From assembly GCA_964016885.1 (NCBI GenBank), contig OZ024740.1, positions 266,414,001 to 266,478,000 on the forward strand: a DNA stretch of 64,000 nt. Reading direction: 5' to 3'. Below are positions 26,561 through 39,421 of the stretch, piece by piece. The translations under genes were made by a program, and so were the position numbers. Each line of letters starts with the position of its first letter. Within the stretch, counting starts at the first letter, position 1. Source of the DNA: Eledone cirrhosa. Its lineage: Eukaryota. The notes beneath the pieces were generated by a model that ran no database searches, was not told the DNA's origin, and worked only from the letters and a program-made list of their open reading frames with translations.

Positions 26561-29500
26561 ACCAACCTGCAGGAGGCCAGGGGTAGACCCCGAGCAAGAT
26601 GGTTGGATAACTTTATCGATACCTAAATTAAAATAAAGAAGAACAAAATGAAAATAACTCTCACAGTATTCTAAAAGTACATTATGACTGTAGATATATA
26701 AAAACAAAGGTTTAATATACTAGGTGGGATTGTTAAATCCCAAGTTTATGGCGCGAAACTACATATCAATATGGACATGTTTTATTTTACTTTGTTTTAT
26801 TTTAGACAATTATACATTTTTAAGCGTTCTCATAGAATTATATCTATTTTCTATGTTACTGTAATTTAGCTCATGTAAATTTTAATATTTTTACACGGAC
26901 AATTTTGATTAATTGAAATTTTAAAGGGAGATAACTATATTTTCTGTTCGTTGAGTTATCTCTCTTAGATTTGGGTTAAAGATATGCTCTTTCCTAAGTT
27001 TATGTTAATGTTTACTACACATCATCAAATAAATATCGGTAAACGGCAGTTCAAAGCATTGTCAGTTTAATAGCACCAGTCATGATGAAGGGGCCCATGG
27101 CAGTTTCGCATGAGATGTCTTAGGAGCGGATTAGCAGATTGATATGAGGTGTTTAGGTACATGGCAGTTTCGTATGAGGTGCCTAGCGAGTGAATTGACA
27201 GAGTCGGAAGAGGGCTATGGCATTTTTATATGAGGTATCTAAGGATAAATTGGCAAAGTTGTTAGTACGAAGGATAAAATACCTTGCGGCATTTATTCTG
27301 AATCTCTGTACTTTGAGTTGAAATCCCGCTGAGGTTAACATTGCCTTTCATCCTTTCGCGGGTAGGGTAGGGGGGGGGGGGGTAAAGTAACAGTCTAGGG
27401 CATTGGACTGGATGTATGGTTAAGAGTGTCAGACGAGATGTCTTGAGGTATTTGTTCTGACACATTGTATTCTGAGTTCAGATCCTGTTTGGCTTACTTG
27501 GGTGGTAAACTTAGTTTGTCACCCTGTCCTGGTCTCTACTTTGCTGATACTTTCCTCCATTCCACCAGTGATTTTCTATTTCGTTTTGTAATGTTTTGAA
27601 AGGTTCTGTTGTTATGACATTCCTTATAAATCTTGATGTGCAATAAATCGGCGATAATGTAGGTTATAATGTTCTCTCTCTCTCTCGCTGAATCATGAGC
27701 TGAAGCAGATCAAATTTATTTCTTTGGGCGTGTGTGTGTATGTGTGTGCATGTGTGTATGGACGTGGGCTTACGTGATTGCACTTGCCCTTGGTTCTGTT
27801 AAAACAGTTAATTCGTCACTGAAGAGTGTTTGCTTATATGTTTACTTATTTCTTTGTGTTGGTCCTTGTTTTGTTTTGTTTTTTTGTTTATTTTTTTGTT
27901 TTGTTTTGTTTTTGTTTGTTTGTTTCTACCTGGAAGGACTTCATCAACGTAAAGTAAAGTGTCTTGCTCAAGGACACACTGCGCCACCTGGAATCGAACT
28001 TACGACCATACGATTGTGAATTGAACACTCCCACCTCCAACCACCAAACCACTAAGTCACGTTTGGTGAATCACTGTATTACAAATATCCTTGTTGGCTC
28101 GTGATGTTTTAGTTTTAATAGAGTGATGTGATATGCTAATCGCATTGAAGGACATTGATCAAGGGGAAAAGGAGATAACTCTTCTTATCTTACATGAGGT
28201 ATGAAGTCTATACGGGCGTATATAAAAGCTTAGTGAAGACGTGTGGCTTAGTTATTAGAATATTCGGCTCACGGTCGTAAGACCGTGTGTTCGATTCTCA
28301 AATCGGGTGGAGCATTGTGCTACCAGCAAAATGCTTTATTTCATGTTGCACCAGACCTCTAACCTGGCAAAAATAAGTTGTACGTGTAATTCAAGGGCCA
28401 GCCTTGTCACATATTGTGCAATGCTAAATCTCCTTAGAAGCAATTATACATAAATGCATTGTATTCATATTTATATACGCATCTATTGTATTAAAGTTTT
28501 AAAATATTTGGTCATATTTCTACAAAACAATACTTAATAATTGATAACACCAATTATCACATTAGAGGCAGATTTCACACTAAATCAACTTAGTACTGAC
28601 AATATTCCTGCTTTGTATGGTTTGTTATTATGAAGTGGGAAAATTAAACATTAAAGAAAAAAGATAAAAACGAATCGAACGTCAGATCGTACCAACGTCC
28701 TCCATTGCTGATATTATCAGCCTATCGCAGCTCCTGCCTGAAGGCGCAACGTGTAAAAGTGTGTCTTGCTCAATAACACAAAGCGCCACCTGATCAAGAA
28801 ATCTAACTCACGGCTTTGGGGTCGTGAATCCAAACCCCAAACCACTAGGTAATATGCCATTAGAATTAAACAGTGAAGAACAAGAAGGTACCGCCCAAGG
28901 AAACTGTGTTTACATTGGCTTTTCCTTTGCTGATGCTATATGGAAGGAGAAGGCGAGATTTGAATTCAGAACGCACATTGCTAAAAAAAAACATAACTGA
29001 AATGCTTGAAAAGACCACAGTAGGATATATCTAAAATCGATGATATTGTATTGAGGAGATATAACATATTTTCAATGTTTTAGATCAGATCTATAATTGT
29101 GCCTCGTGAATTCGATAGTATATCATTACATCTTTATTCTAAAAATATTCTATGGACGAAACACTGACAACGATTCGTAGTTTTTCGGATTTTCGCTATC
29201 TAGATGCCTGTGACTGAAAAGAAGTGACATGTGAGGTCAATAGAGGGACTCGTGACCACAGATTGAGGCTTGATCAACCTCAGGTGGCTCACCTAGATGA
29301 GAGCGTATGGTGTAAGATCTGAAACACTCAGTTACTCTAGGATACTATAGTGATGATGTGTTCAGGTATATACATATATCTGTAGACGAATCATCTGGAT
29401 GGTAGCCTATGTTATGGACCTGGAATATCCAGTAACTCAAGCATATAACACTGATCGTGTATCCAAGAATGTTGGTTTATTGTTGTTTTTTAATCCGTGT

Positions 29501-30032
29501 ATCTCCTAATAGAGTCGTAGTGGCGCCAAAATAATGACGTCTGGCATTTCTTAAGCATTTTTATAATCTGGCGAAACTCATCTCCTCTCCAGCTCTAAAC
29601 ACAGTCGATTTCTTCCAAAGTGGAGGGAGAGAGTAAGTGATAAGGAGATATAGAGGAAGAATCGACCCAGTTCTAGACTAATACTTTTTTTATCGAAAGG
29701 ATTAAAGGCAAAGTTGACTTCTGCGGAATTTCAACTCTGAGCGCAGAGAGCCGGAATGAATACTATAAAGCATCCTCTATAACGTTCTAACGACTCTGCT
29801 AATTCGCCGCCTTGTCCAAGAATGTACACATGTAGATATATGAAGATATATATATATATATGTAGACTGAAGAGGCGCAGCCTAGTGGTTAAGATATTTG
29901 TCGCACGACCATAAAACCATACACTCTATCTCTGGGCCGGGGAGCATACTGTGTCCTTGAGCAAGGTACTTCATTACATATTGCATCAGTCCAAAAATAC
30001 GAATGCTTGCAGCAGCTGGGCCAACTGGGAAA

Positions 30033-30154
30033 TTTGGTGACGTGTGGACAACGTGTGAAAAATTCACTTCTCGTGTTTAGGCAAGAGATTACGCAATAGT
30101 GATTGCCTAAACACGAGAAGTGAATTTTTCACACGTTGTCCACACGTCACCAAA
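30033..30154. repeat. Perfect inverted repeat, 52-bp arms and 18-bp spacer
   Basis: 30033-30084 is the exact reverse complement of 30103-30154. Confidence 0.93.
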
Positions 30155-30358
30155 CATCTATTGCATAACTACAAGGTTCCGGACTGATTCTTTGTAATTT
30201 TATTTTTAATTTTTTTAATTTTATTTTCAACCTAAAAACTTTCCGAACTTTCGCAGTTATCTCCCTTACACCTCCCGCGCGCAGTCTAGTATTGCCTGTG
30301 TGAAGTGACCGAGTTTCTGCGCATGCGCGTTCGTAGGGTTGTCCTTCCTGTTCCTATA

Positions 30359-30416
30359 ACCATACACATCCCGAGCTGAAGATCCGCGAAGGTGAAACAA
30401 TTGTTCTCGGTATGGT
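30359..30416 (+). ncRNA. Type I hammerhead ribozyme motif (Penelope/retrozyme minimal type)
   Basis: ccgag-CUGAAGA-uccgcgaaggu-GAAA-caauug-U-U-cucgg. Stem I ccgag/cucgg is extended by ccaua/uaugg. Helix III is the palindrome ACAAUUGU. Confidence 0.72.
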
Positions 30417-30438
30417 GAACTAACTGTTGTGTAACCAC

Positions 30439-30495
<57 letters not shown>

Positions 30496-30594
30496 TGATG
30501 TGGTCCATAGCGCTGGCCTTGAGACCCCCATACTGGTCCTTTAACCTTGTTCTGGTGAATGAGCTTGATGGAGCCTGCAACCTTTGATATATTC

Positions 30595-30660
30595 TTGTTT
30601 ATAGGCTCTGATGATTCCTGCCATAGGGTATGGATGAAACACTGTTAGTTAATAAAACAA
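30595..30660 (+). ncRNA. Type I hammerhead ribozyme motif
   Basis: ggcu-CUGAUGA-uuccugccauaggguauggau-GAAA-cacug-U-U-aguu. Stem II is ucc/gga plus ugcc/ggua. Stem I is extended by uuguuu/aaacaa. AATAAA follows. Confidence 0.68.
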
Positions 30661-30693
30661 TGTATTTCTAAGCACTCTTTGGTTATTCCTTAA

Positions 30694-30784
<91 letters not shown>

Positions 30785-31581
30785 TTTCTTCAAGTAAAAG
30801 GAGAAAAAGAGAAATATAACAGGAGGTGTTAGTGGGTGTTAGTATACTGGTGGTGGGGTAAGGATGAAAGCGGGTGTGTAAGTGGGGGTTAGTGGTGGTT
30901 TGGTGTGTGGAGTGAGTGGTGTATGTAGTTGTGGGTGTGTGTGTGAAGGTGTGTGTTCGTGTGCGTGAGGTCAGGGGGATGTTAGTGATATTAGTTGTGG
31001 GGTGGTGGGAGTGGATGTGTGGGTGAGGGTTAGTGGTGGTAGTAGGGTGTGTGGATAGTGTGAGTGCGTGTATATATGTACAGGTGAGTGTGTGCGTGAT
31101 AGGGGGAGGGGTGGAGATGTTAGTATTGTTAGTTGGGGAGGGGGGCCGGGGGGTATTAGTATTGTTAGTTGTGGGGTGGGCCAAGGTAGTGGGTCGGTGA
31201 GAAGGAGGAGTGTGTTAGTGGGGGATGTGTGTGTGTGTGGGGGGGGGGGCAGGGCGGTCGAAGGCTAAAGGAATAGGGTGGGGAGTTCAGGCCGGGGGGG
31301 GGGTCTGTAGGGTGAAGATGGTGCGTTGTTCGACCGTGAGGCGGGTGGCGGGTGTTCCGTGGCATTGGAGTAGAAGGGAGTTTTAACTTTATGTTGGTAA
31401 AATCGATTTGTGTAGAATGATTATGCAAATAATAATGAAAGAAAAGCTTACCAGATATTTTTTATCAAAGAAGTTAATGGAGTTATGTAATATAATTTTC
31501 CAGTGTTAAATTTCCGAGTAGAGCTCAAGGTTCCAAGAATTCTCGGAGTAATTTAGTATAGCATATTGGTTGTATTTGATT

Positions 31582-31621
<40 letters not shown>

Positions 31622-31740
31622 TTGTTTGTGTCATCAACCCATTCTCTAAATAGCAAACCATATTACTAAAAGATACATTTCGTTTATAATTTGTAAGAGA
31701 ATAGTGGTAGCAATGAATGTTAAATATTAGGTATTGATTT

Positions 31741-31780
<40 letters not shown>

Positions 31781-31784
<4 letters not shown>

Positions 31785-32064
31785 AAGAAGAAGTTTAAAG
31801 ATGGTTAAAAAAAGTTCCATATATTTTATTATGCGCATTTCGAAAACAACATCATCCTGGGACAAAAATTGTGTTCTCATCAGATAAAATAAGGTAACAT
31901 GATATGAGGCCTAAAAACACTTGTGAACAAGTAACAAAAATATAAGAGAAGAGAAAATAGGAAAAATGAAGAAAAGGAAAGAAGAAGGAAAAAGGAAGAA
32001 AGAAATAGAAGAGAGGAATAAAGAAAGAAAGAAGGAGGAGGAGGAGGAGGAGGAGGAGGAGGAG

Positions 32065-32120
<56 letters not shown>

Positions 32121-34075
32121 GGAGACTTTTAATGTGGATAGTGTGAGTGCGTGTATATATGTACAGGTGAGTGTGTGCGTGATAGGGGGAGATGTTAGTA
32201 TTGTTAGTTGGGGAGGGGGGCCGGAACGCTGTCAAAAATTGAAAAAACAGCTGTGAATAACGGCTAAAAAAATATAATAATAATAAAAATAAATAAATAA
32301 ATTGATGAGGTGAATGTGCTAATATACAAATAATAGATGTCTAGAATAAAGAAACTGGGTTTATTATTTAATATTGAGTTTGAATCCTAAAAATTGGATT
32401 AAGAAGTGTAAAAATGTATTAATAAAATAAAAATAAAATAAAATAAAATAAAATAAAATAAAAATTAAATTAAAAATAATTATAATAATTATAAAAAAGT
32501 TTTTTATTAAAATAAAATAAAAAATAAAATAAAATAAGATAGACTAGAATAAAAAATAAAAATAAGAATAGTCTATCTATGTCAAAATTAAAAATTACTA
32601 TTAAAAATTTATATATATGTGGGGTACGGTATTTGATTATTATTTTATATCAACAAGTAAATATAGGAAATTGCTAGAAAGGTTTATAAATGTAGAAAGA
32701 CATATGACGTCATAGATTGTTTACAAAATCTACGAAGGTTTGAACGAAAAAAATTTACGTCAATAGAGAAAGAAGGTGAAAGGTTTAATAATGCAGAGAA
32801 AAGGGGATTAATACATTGTAGAATATAATGAAATATGTGAGAAAAAATGTGTGAAAAGATATATGTGTAAAGATATATACGTGTAAAAAAAATGTTAACC
32901 GTTATTCGTAGAATAAGTAATAGGACATTAGCTGTATACTTTGTGAAAGGTCTTAAAAGATTTATGAATGCAGAGGCCAAATAAATCCGTACGTCTATTT
33001 ATTAAAGAGTTGAAATTCGAGATAGTGGTAAATTTTTCAGCTAGAAATAAATTACAAACCCTAGAAATAGAAGCATTGGAGTTAGGTGAAGCGTTGCAAA
33101 TTTTACGCCAAGAGATTTCGTAATTAATGTTTTAGTCTTTTAAGGACCAAATAAGTTCTGAGAGTGCGGTGCTGGTCCTTTTAAGAGGATATTTAAATGT
33201 AGAAGAATGGTTATAGAGTATTGCTTTAAAAGTAGAAGTAGAGCCAATGTAGGTATATGTATTGGTACCAGTTAACACTTTACATTCGTATATTAGGTTG
33301 TTATCTAAGCGGACAATTACTAAGAGGACAATTAGTTCTAATAGGGCAGTTGCATTTACGATTAACAGAGTTATTCACCAGTGGCCCAGGATTATTTATA
33401 ATAGAAACTGGAGTGGTGGAATTAGCTAAAGGGGGTGCTAAAGTTTCCTGATTTACGTTACTATTTGAAGCATTCGTCAAAGATACGTTTGACGTCGTAT
33501 TTATATTTAAGTTATTTTGCCTAGAGTTTACATTGACGTCGGGCCTTACAGTGTTATTATTATGACTCTCAAGGTTGGATGCATATGAGTTATTATTTAA
33601 TATTTTAGAATTATATCTTGAGATAATTTTAGAAATGTTGGAAGTAGTGGAATATGAGAATTTAGTGGTATGCTTATTAAAAATCTTGCTATAAATATGT
33701 GAAGGGGGGGAAGCTGTTATCTAAAGCCCTAAAAAATAATTTAGGGATATTACTAATAAGTGAAAGAGAGAAGGGAGCGTTGTACCAAAGGATATTTTTA
33801 TATCTAGGTCTCCTCTTTATGTTACTGGTATGCTTATAACTAGCTACATTACTATAAGTTTTGCCAAGATTAGTTTCCTTAGTGTATTTAATTTTGTCTG
33901 GATATCCAGCCCTAGATAACGCATTATTATAATAGTTGGCATTAGCATCGAAGATATGTTTATTAGAGGATAAATTAGAAATTATTTTTTGAACAATTCT
34001 GACTATAGCAGTTTTAACATTATTAGGGTGGTTTGATTTAAAGTTAACATAATTTAGGTTGTGTAGTTGACCAGG
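31781..34075 (-). mobile_element. 5'-truncated, decayed Penelope-like element (Naiad-type): RT thumb, linker, GIY-YIG endonuclease, 3' pseudo-LTR, ending at a (TA)n tract
   Basis: Manual translation of 34075->32928 across two frameshifts and one TAA gives NYVNFKSNHP...YNNALSRAGY...KNILWYNAPFS...KIFNKHTTKFSYS...KCNCPIRTNCPL...NLIYECKV...YIGST...ALSELIWSLKD*NINYEISWR...CNLFLAEK...LINRRTDLFGLCIH. Confidence 0.88.
31823..31890 (-). ncRNA. Type I hammerhead ribozyme in the Penelope-like 3' pseudo-LTR
   Basis: auuuuau-CUGAUGA-gaacacaa...uuguuuuc-GAAA-ugcgca-U-A-auaaaau. Stem I is a perfect 7 bp, stem II is G-C closed, and helix III is the palindrome AUGCGCAU. Confidence 0.88.
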
Positions 34076-34554
34076 CTGTAAAATCAGTAATGGGGATGAG
34101 GGATTAGGATGAAAGGGAGGATGGCAAGTTAAATGCTGCTTACTGAGTGGGGTGCGATTACCTTCTATTTCTATCTTTTGAAAAAAGGATCCTAATCCCG
34201 AAACATCATGAAATAGAAGGTAAAAGTGTATACTGTTGGTTTGTCTTTCTTACCTTACTTTACTCTAGTTTTCACTTGTGTATTTCTAACTTGATAGGTA
34301 GCAAATTGGCAAAGTCGTAAGAATATTAAATAGAATGCTTTGTTATATTCATAGCAGAAAAACCACCCTTTGGGTGGTTTTCTTCTAGCATGTGTAGTGT
34401 GTATATTGGTATTATACGCAAGTATATATACATGTAGATATGATACATCAAATAAAATCGTAATTGACAATATAAACAGAAATTGAACGAAGACGTTGTT
34501 ACACTGTCTTATGTTATCAGTAACGTAATCCCTGATACATTAAAAAAGACGATA

Positions 34555-34951
34555 TCTAATATGGATTTGTGAAATGGGTGGTGGTTGAAATTCAGGTGGT
34601 GGTTGAAATTCAGTTGTGCACGGTTAAATAGTAGTAGATGTGGTCCGACGGACATGAAAATTTACACACCTATGTAAAAAGTGCATGTGGAGCGTGAAGA
34701 ACAATTTCATACAAAGACAAGACCAAGTTTATGGTATAAATGGAGTCGTTAGACTAATATTCTATTTAAAATAACAGAATGATTTCCAGCCCCGGAGTTT
34801 AAGAATGATGTAAATAAAATTGAAAACGAAAATGACAGAGGTTATTAAAATAGTAAAGGTAAATAGTGAAGATTTAGGCCAGTACATACGTATGCCCCGA
34901 CGGTTTATACATACGCACACACAAATACATACCCCCCACCCCACCCACACA

Positions 34952-35030
<79 letters not shown>

Positions 35031-35497
35031 ACGCACGCGCGTATGTATAAACCTTATGCATTTCTACAGTATTTTCACCAAACTTGAGACATAGGTTACT
35101 TATGTACTCCGGATGGTCATGGACACTGTCATTTTTCCAGATATTGATTATAGGGCTCCCCGGCAGATAACCCCTTTAACCACTTTAACCACTTTAACCA
35201 CATCCTTGGAGTCGACTGAAGCACTGCAGTGCAATGCAACAAAACGTCATAACTTCTGGAGTTCGCAACCGATTTTCACAAAACTTGACACATGGGCTAC
35301 GTTTGTCCTACAGATGAATGTGAACTCTCAGAATTGGCACATATTGGGTAGGGGACCCCTGGGGGCAGGAACCCCCTTTTGGAAAAAAGCCGATGATTTT
35401 GTAAAAGTATAGTTTTCGAAGCATCACTGAAGTATTGACATAAATTGTATACACAACTGCTATTTAATATCCGAGCAACGCCGGGTACCTCTGCTAG
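34555..35497 (+). mobile_element. Non-autonomous Helitron
   Basis: A|TC start (tctaatat...ttgtgaaatgggtgg), subterminal hairpin ccgagcaacgccggg, and a CTAG end. Confidence 0.8.
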
Positions 35498-36718
35498 TCT
35501 AATATATATTTGTGAAATGGGTGGTGGTTGAAATTCAGTTGTGCACGGTTAAATGGTAGTAGACGTGGTCGGACGGACATGAAAATTTACACACCTATGT
35601 AAAAAGTGCCAAGGAAGCAAATAAACTAGGTTTCAAATCTCTAACTTGAAAAATGTGGTCCCTAGGGCCCCAAACGGTCTATTTACTATCGCATTCGGTG
35701 AGTTATTTCCCCCTGTTCTAATACTTTCAATAATCATTGTCTTATTTACAATTTCATACAAATTTTTAAACTCATCAATTTCTTTCGCTGCCTTCTTTCG
35801 CAGCGTTCTTTCGCTGTTAACATACAGTACCGTTTTATGAAATCGATTCTGCAGTACCATTTTACGAAATGCCAAATCGAAAACGGTCACTGTTTTCCAT
35901 CAAAAGAAATAAATCCCTTAAATTGCGAAGAAGGGAGTCATGTTCTCAGAACGTTTTTTCCGATATCATTTTCATTTTAATTCTAATACATGTTAACCAC
36001 CACTAACAGTAAGTAGTATTTTCAAAGTCAATTACAGTTGCTCTATATTAAATTTAACTACTTATATAACGATCATACAGTACCGTTTTATGAACTTAAT
36101 GAATGGGATCTATAAGCCCTCTGGGTGCCGAGTTAATTAATTCAGTTTTTTTTTAATATTCATTGTCTTATTTAAAATAACATATCAAAGACAACGTTAT
36201 TTCGCTGTTAATAAACTGTTGCCTTCTACAGTACGTTTCATTTTCATTTTTCAATTACAGTTGCTCTATATTAAATTTAAATACTTCTATAACGATCATG
36301 CAGTACCGTTTTATGAAATCGATTCTGCAGTAGAATTTTACGAAATGCCAAACCGAAAAAGGTCACTGTTTTCTAACAAAAGAAATAAAACCCTCACATT
36401 GCGAACCCCCTGTTCTAATACTGGAGTTAGTTATTTCCCCCTCTTCTAATAAACGTCCAGGGCAATCAAAGTGTAAACTATCATACAAACCTTCCTAATC
36501 TGCATTTTCAAACTTGCCTATCATCGACATTGCTATTTCGCTGTTAATAAACAACGCTTTTCACGTCGCTCCACTTCTCATTGTACGCCGTCCAGCCCCA
36601 AGTGCATATTTCTATTTTTTTCCTGAAACTTCTTCTTTATAATAAACTTTCAATAATATTTTTCAAATTATTAACTTAATAAAAAGTGGCCCCGGGTGCA
36701 ACTGGGCTCAGCTGCTAG
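35498..36718 (+). mobile_element. Non-autonomous Helitron abutting the previous one
   Basis: TC start sharing ~110 bp with 34555, internal duplicated blocks, hairpin gccccgggtgcaactgggc, and a CTAG|T end. Confidence 0.8.
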
Positions 36719-37149
36719 TTATATATAAACTGCATTAGGAGAAAATTAGTGACAGAAAATGAGTATGTTTATTTAAGTGATCGCCACCGGAAGTGTTGAC
36801 ATCACACACTCTCTCTTTCTATATATATGGTAGTTGAAGTGGTGGTGGTGGTGGCAACGATATACCGGAAGTTCAACTTTGAAAAGAAGTCAATTTTAAA
36901 TTATTTATTTTTACGAAATTATTTTTGTTTACGAAATTTAGTAGATAAATTATGTAATATTCATTCATTATTTATTCAAAGTAATCCAACTTATTTTACT
37001 AACGGGATAAAAAAAAATAAGCCGTATGCAGTCCCGCAAACCTTCCTTTATTATAGTTTAGATTACAGCTCTCGGCATTCAGAGTTCAAAGTTTACTTTC
37101 CGTTCTTTCATGGTTGATAAAAAAAAGTACTACTCCAGTACTGGCTTAG

Positions 37150-37286
<137 letters not shown>

Positions 37287-38715
37287 TCTCTCTCTATTTA
37301 TCTATCTCGCCCTCTCCCTCTCTTCTCTCTTTCTCCTTCTCTGGAAGAAATCAGTTGTGTTCAGATTTTCAGAAGGATGGGTCCCACCAGCTTTTAAATG
37401 TCCACGATGTGACCCTAGAATTCCATTGGGAGTTATGAGCCCATACATACATCTGCAGGTAGAAAAAGTGGTGTACGTCAGAAGACAAGTGTAAAATGAC
37501 TGCTCTACGACCATACACAAATATTTTTTTTAAATGCCCAATAAAAACATTTATTTTTTTGCATTTGCTGATGTAAATCAATAGAATCGTTAAACATAAG
37601 ATTCCGCCTAAATCATTTTTATATGTAAGATGAATTTTGAAAAATTGAACATTGAGTATAGTCGCCACAATGTAAATAACTATAATAATAGTTGATAACT
37701 ATAAATAATAGTTGGATAAATCTGGCAAAGTAACCCTGCAGATGAGAAATAAGTTGACAGAGATGCCTATGAAGAATCGAAGCCCGCATCTCTTGTATGA
37801 CCAGCAAGTGCGTCTAACCATTACACCTAAACCTCCTTCCTTCGCTCCGGATTACTATGTACTGTAGTTTTAGAAGATTTAAGCATGAATCTAGAAGTGT
37901 AAACTTTTGGTTGATTACGAAGTATTAGAACATTTTAAATTCTAAAATTATAGTTGCTACAATGCAGATAACTATAACAATAGCTGTAGATGGGGAAAAT
38001 GGATAGGGACGTCTGCGGTGAAGCGAACTATGCATCATTCACATATAGGGCGATCAGATTTAAACATCACGGTCAAATTAACTAATACTGCACAATTTAG
38101 CAATGGGGAGGCAGGGGAATTTACAACGTAACGTGCAAATAGCGAAGCCGAGAGCGAACGGTCGGTACAGCCCGGCGAAACCGAAGGATGCCGAGAATCA
38201 ACGGTTGGTGCCTGATTCTACATTCTAACTTCTGCCTAACAAAATCGGGAACTAAAAAGAATCTTCTTCTTACCCAATGCCGTTTACTGCTCAACCAGTT
38301 CTATTTCGGAACAGTTTTTTTAAAAGTGATATTGCAAATATTTTTCTTTCAATTCTTTGTCGTCTTGTGTGCTTCATACTTACGTACGTATTTCCTTTAA
38401 TACCCTATATCTATGGATATCAGTTTCGGGTATTCTATTAATTATTAAAGGCTAATTCTACTATTTATTTATTTTCACGTATGAATATATAATTATATAT
38501 ATATATATATATGGGGGGGGGGGGGATTAACAGAGTGTTGTAGTTTGCTTGAAGTATTGTTGAATAGGAAATATAAATTTAAATAATTTTAAAAACCATA
38601 CAATGTATTAGAAAATTAAAGGTACCAAGATAACGATAGAATCTTACCTTAGAAAATTTAGCTATCCAAAAATATGTGTGTGTGCACTCACACACATGCA
38701 TATATATCAAACACT

Positions 38716-39015
38716 ATTTGAAGCTGTGCCGTGCCGGTGACTGATTGTCACCCGTTTGTTCAACACTGGCTTTGAGGAACAATCAACATGTTTCTGGGTC
38801 ATTACCCTTCATCAGGACTGTATATCTCTGCCAATCTGCTGGTTGAAAATATATAGTATTTTCTTAAGTACACATCGGTTGAGTAGCCTCATTTGCATAC
38901 CGAACGAGTTACGGCTGGTCTTGCCGAATATTAAAAATAAAATTAGAATTTCATCACCCTAGCAGTGTTAAACAAACAGGTGACGATTGGTCACTGGTAC
39001 GGCACAACTTCAAAT
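38716..39015. mobile_element. 300-bp element with 53-bp imperfect terminal inverted repeats enclosing a hammerhead
   Basis: 38716-38768 versus the reverse complement of 38963-39015 shows 8 mismatches, all transitions. Confidence 0.75.
38780..38820 (-). ncRNA. Minimal type I hammerhead ribozyme motif
   Basis: caguc-CUGAUGA-a-gggu-aaug-accc-a-GAAA-caug-U-U-gauug. Helix III is the palindrome ACAUGU. Confidence 0.8.
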
Positions 39016-39421
39016 CGGGCCATTTGTTTGCAAACGAACCGAACATTATTCTTAATGTTCGATATATATGTATATGTATGTGTATGTATATATATATATG
39101 TGTGTGTGTGTGTGTACATGTGCATATTTACATATGTGTGTGTGCGCGCGCGCGTGCGTGTGTGTGTGTGTCTGTGTGTCTACGTGCGTGTGAGATTTCG
39201 GCAAACTCATATATATTGTACATGATCTCACACCTTCTATTTTATCGTTACTTTCCGAATGGGGGCCAGATTCGTTGAAAACATTAAAAAAAAAGAAAAA
39301 AACCCATTTCATTTCCAACCTGTGACGGATGTAAGAACTTACCAATTCAACAACAAATCATCTTCCACACTATATAACTTTTAGTAAATAGAAGAAAATG
39401 AAAATATATACGTAATTCTAA

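Noticed and set aside
29200-29340. Possible further hammerhead (ctagatga...gaaacactcagtta)
   Set aside because: The core CUGANGA is broken and the stems do not pair convincingly.
32928-34075. Selenoprotein-type Naiad (in-frame UGA + SECIS)
   Set aside because: The in-frame stop I found is TAA, not TGA, and I could not identify a SECIS by eye.
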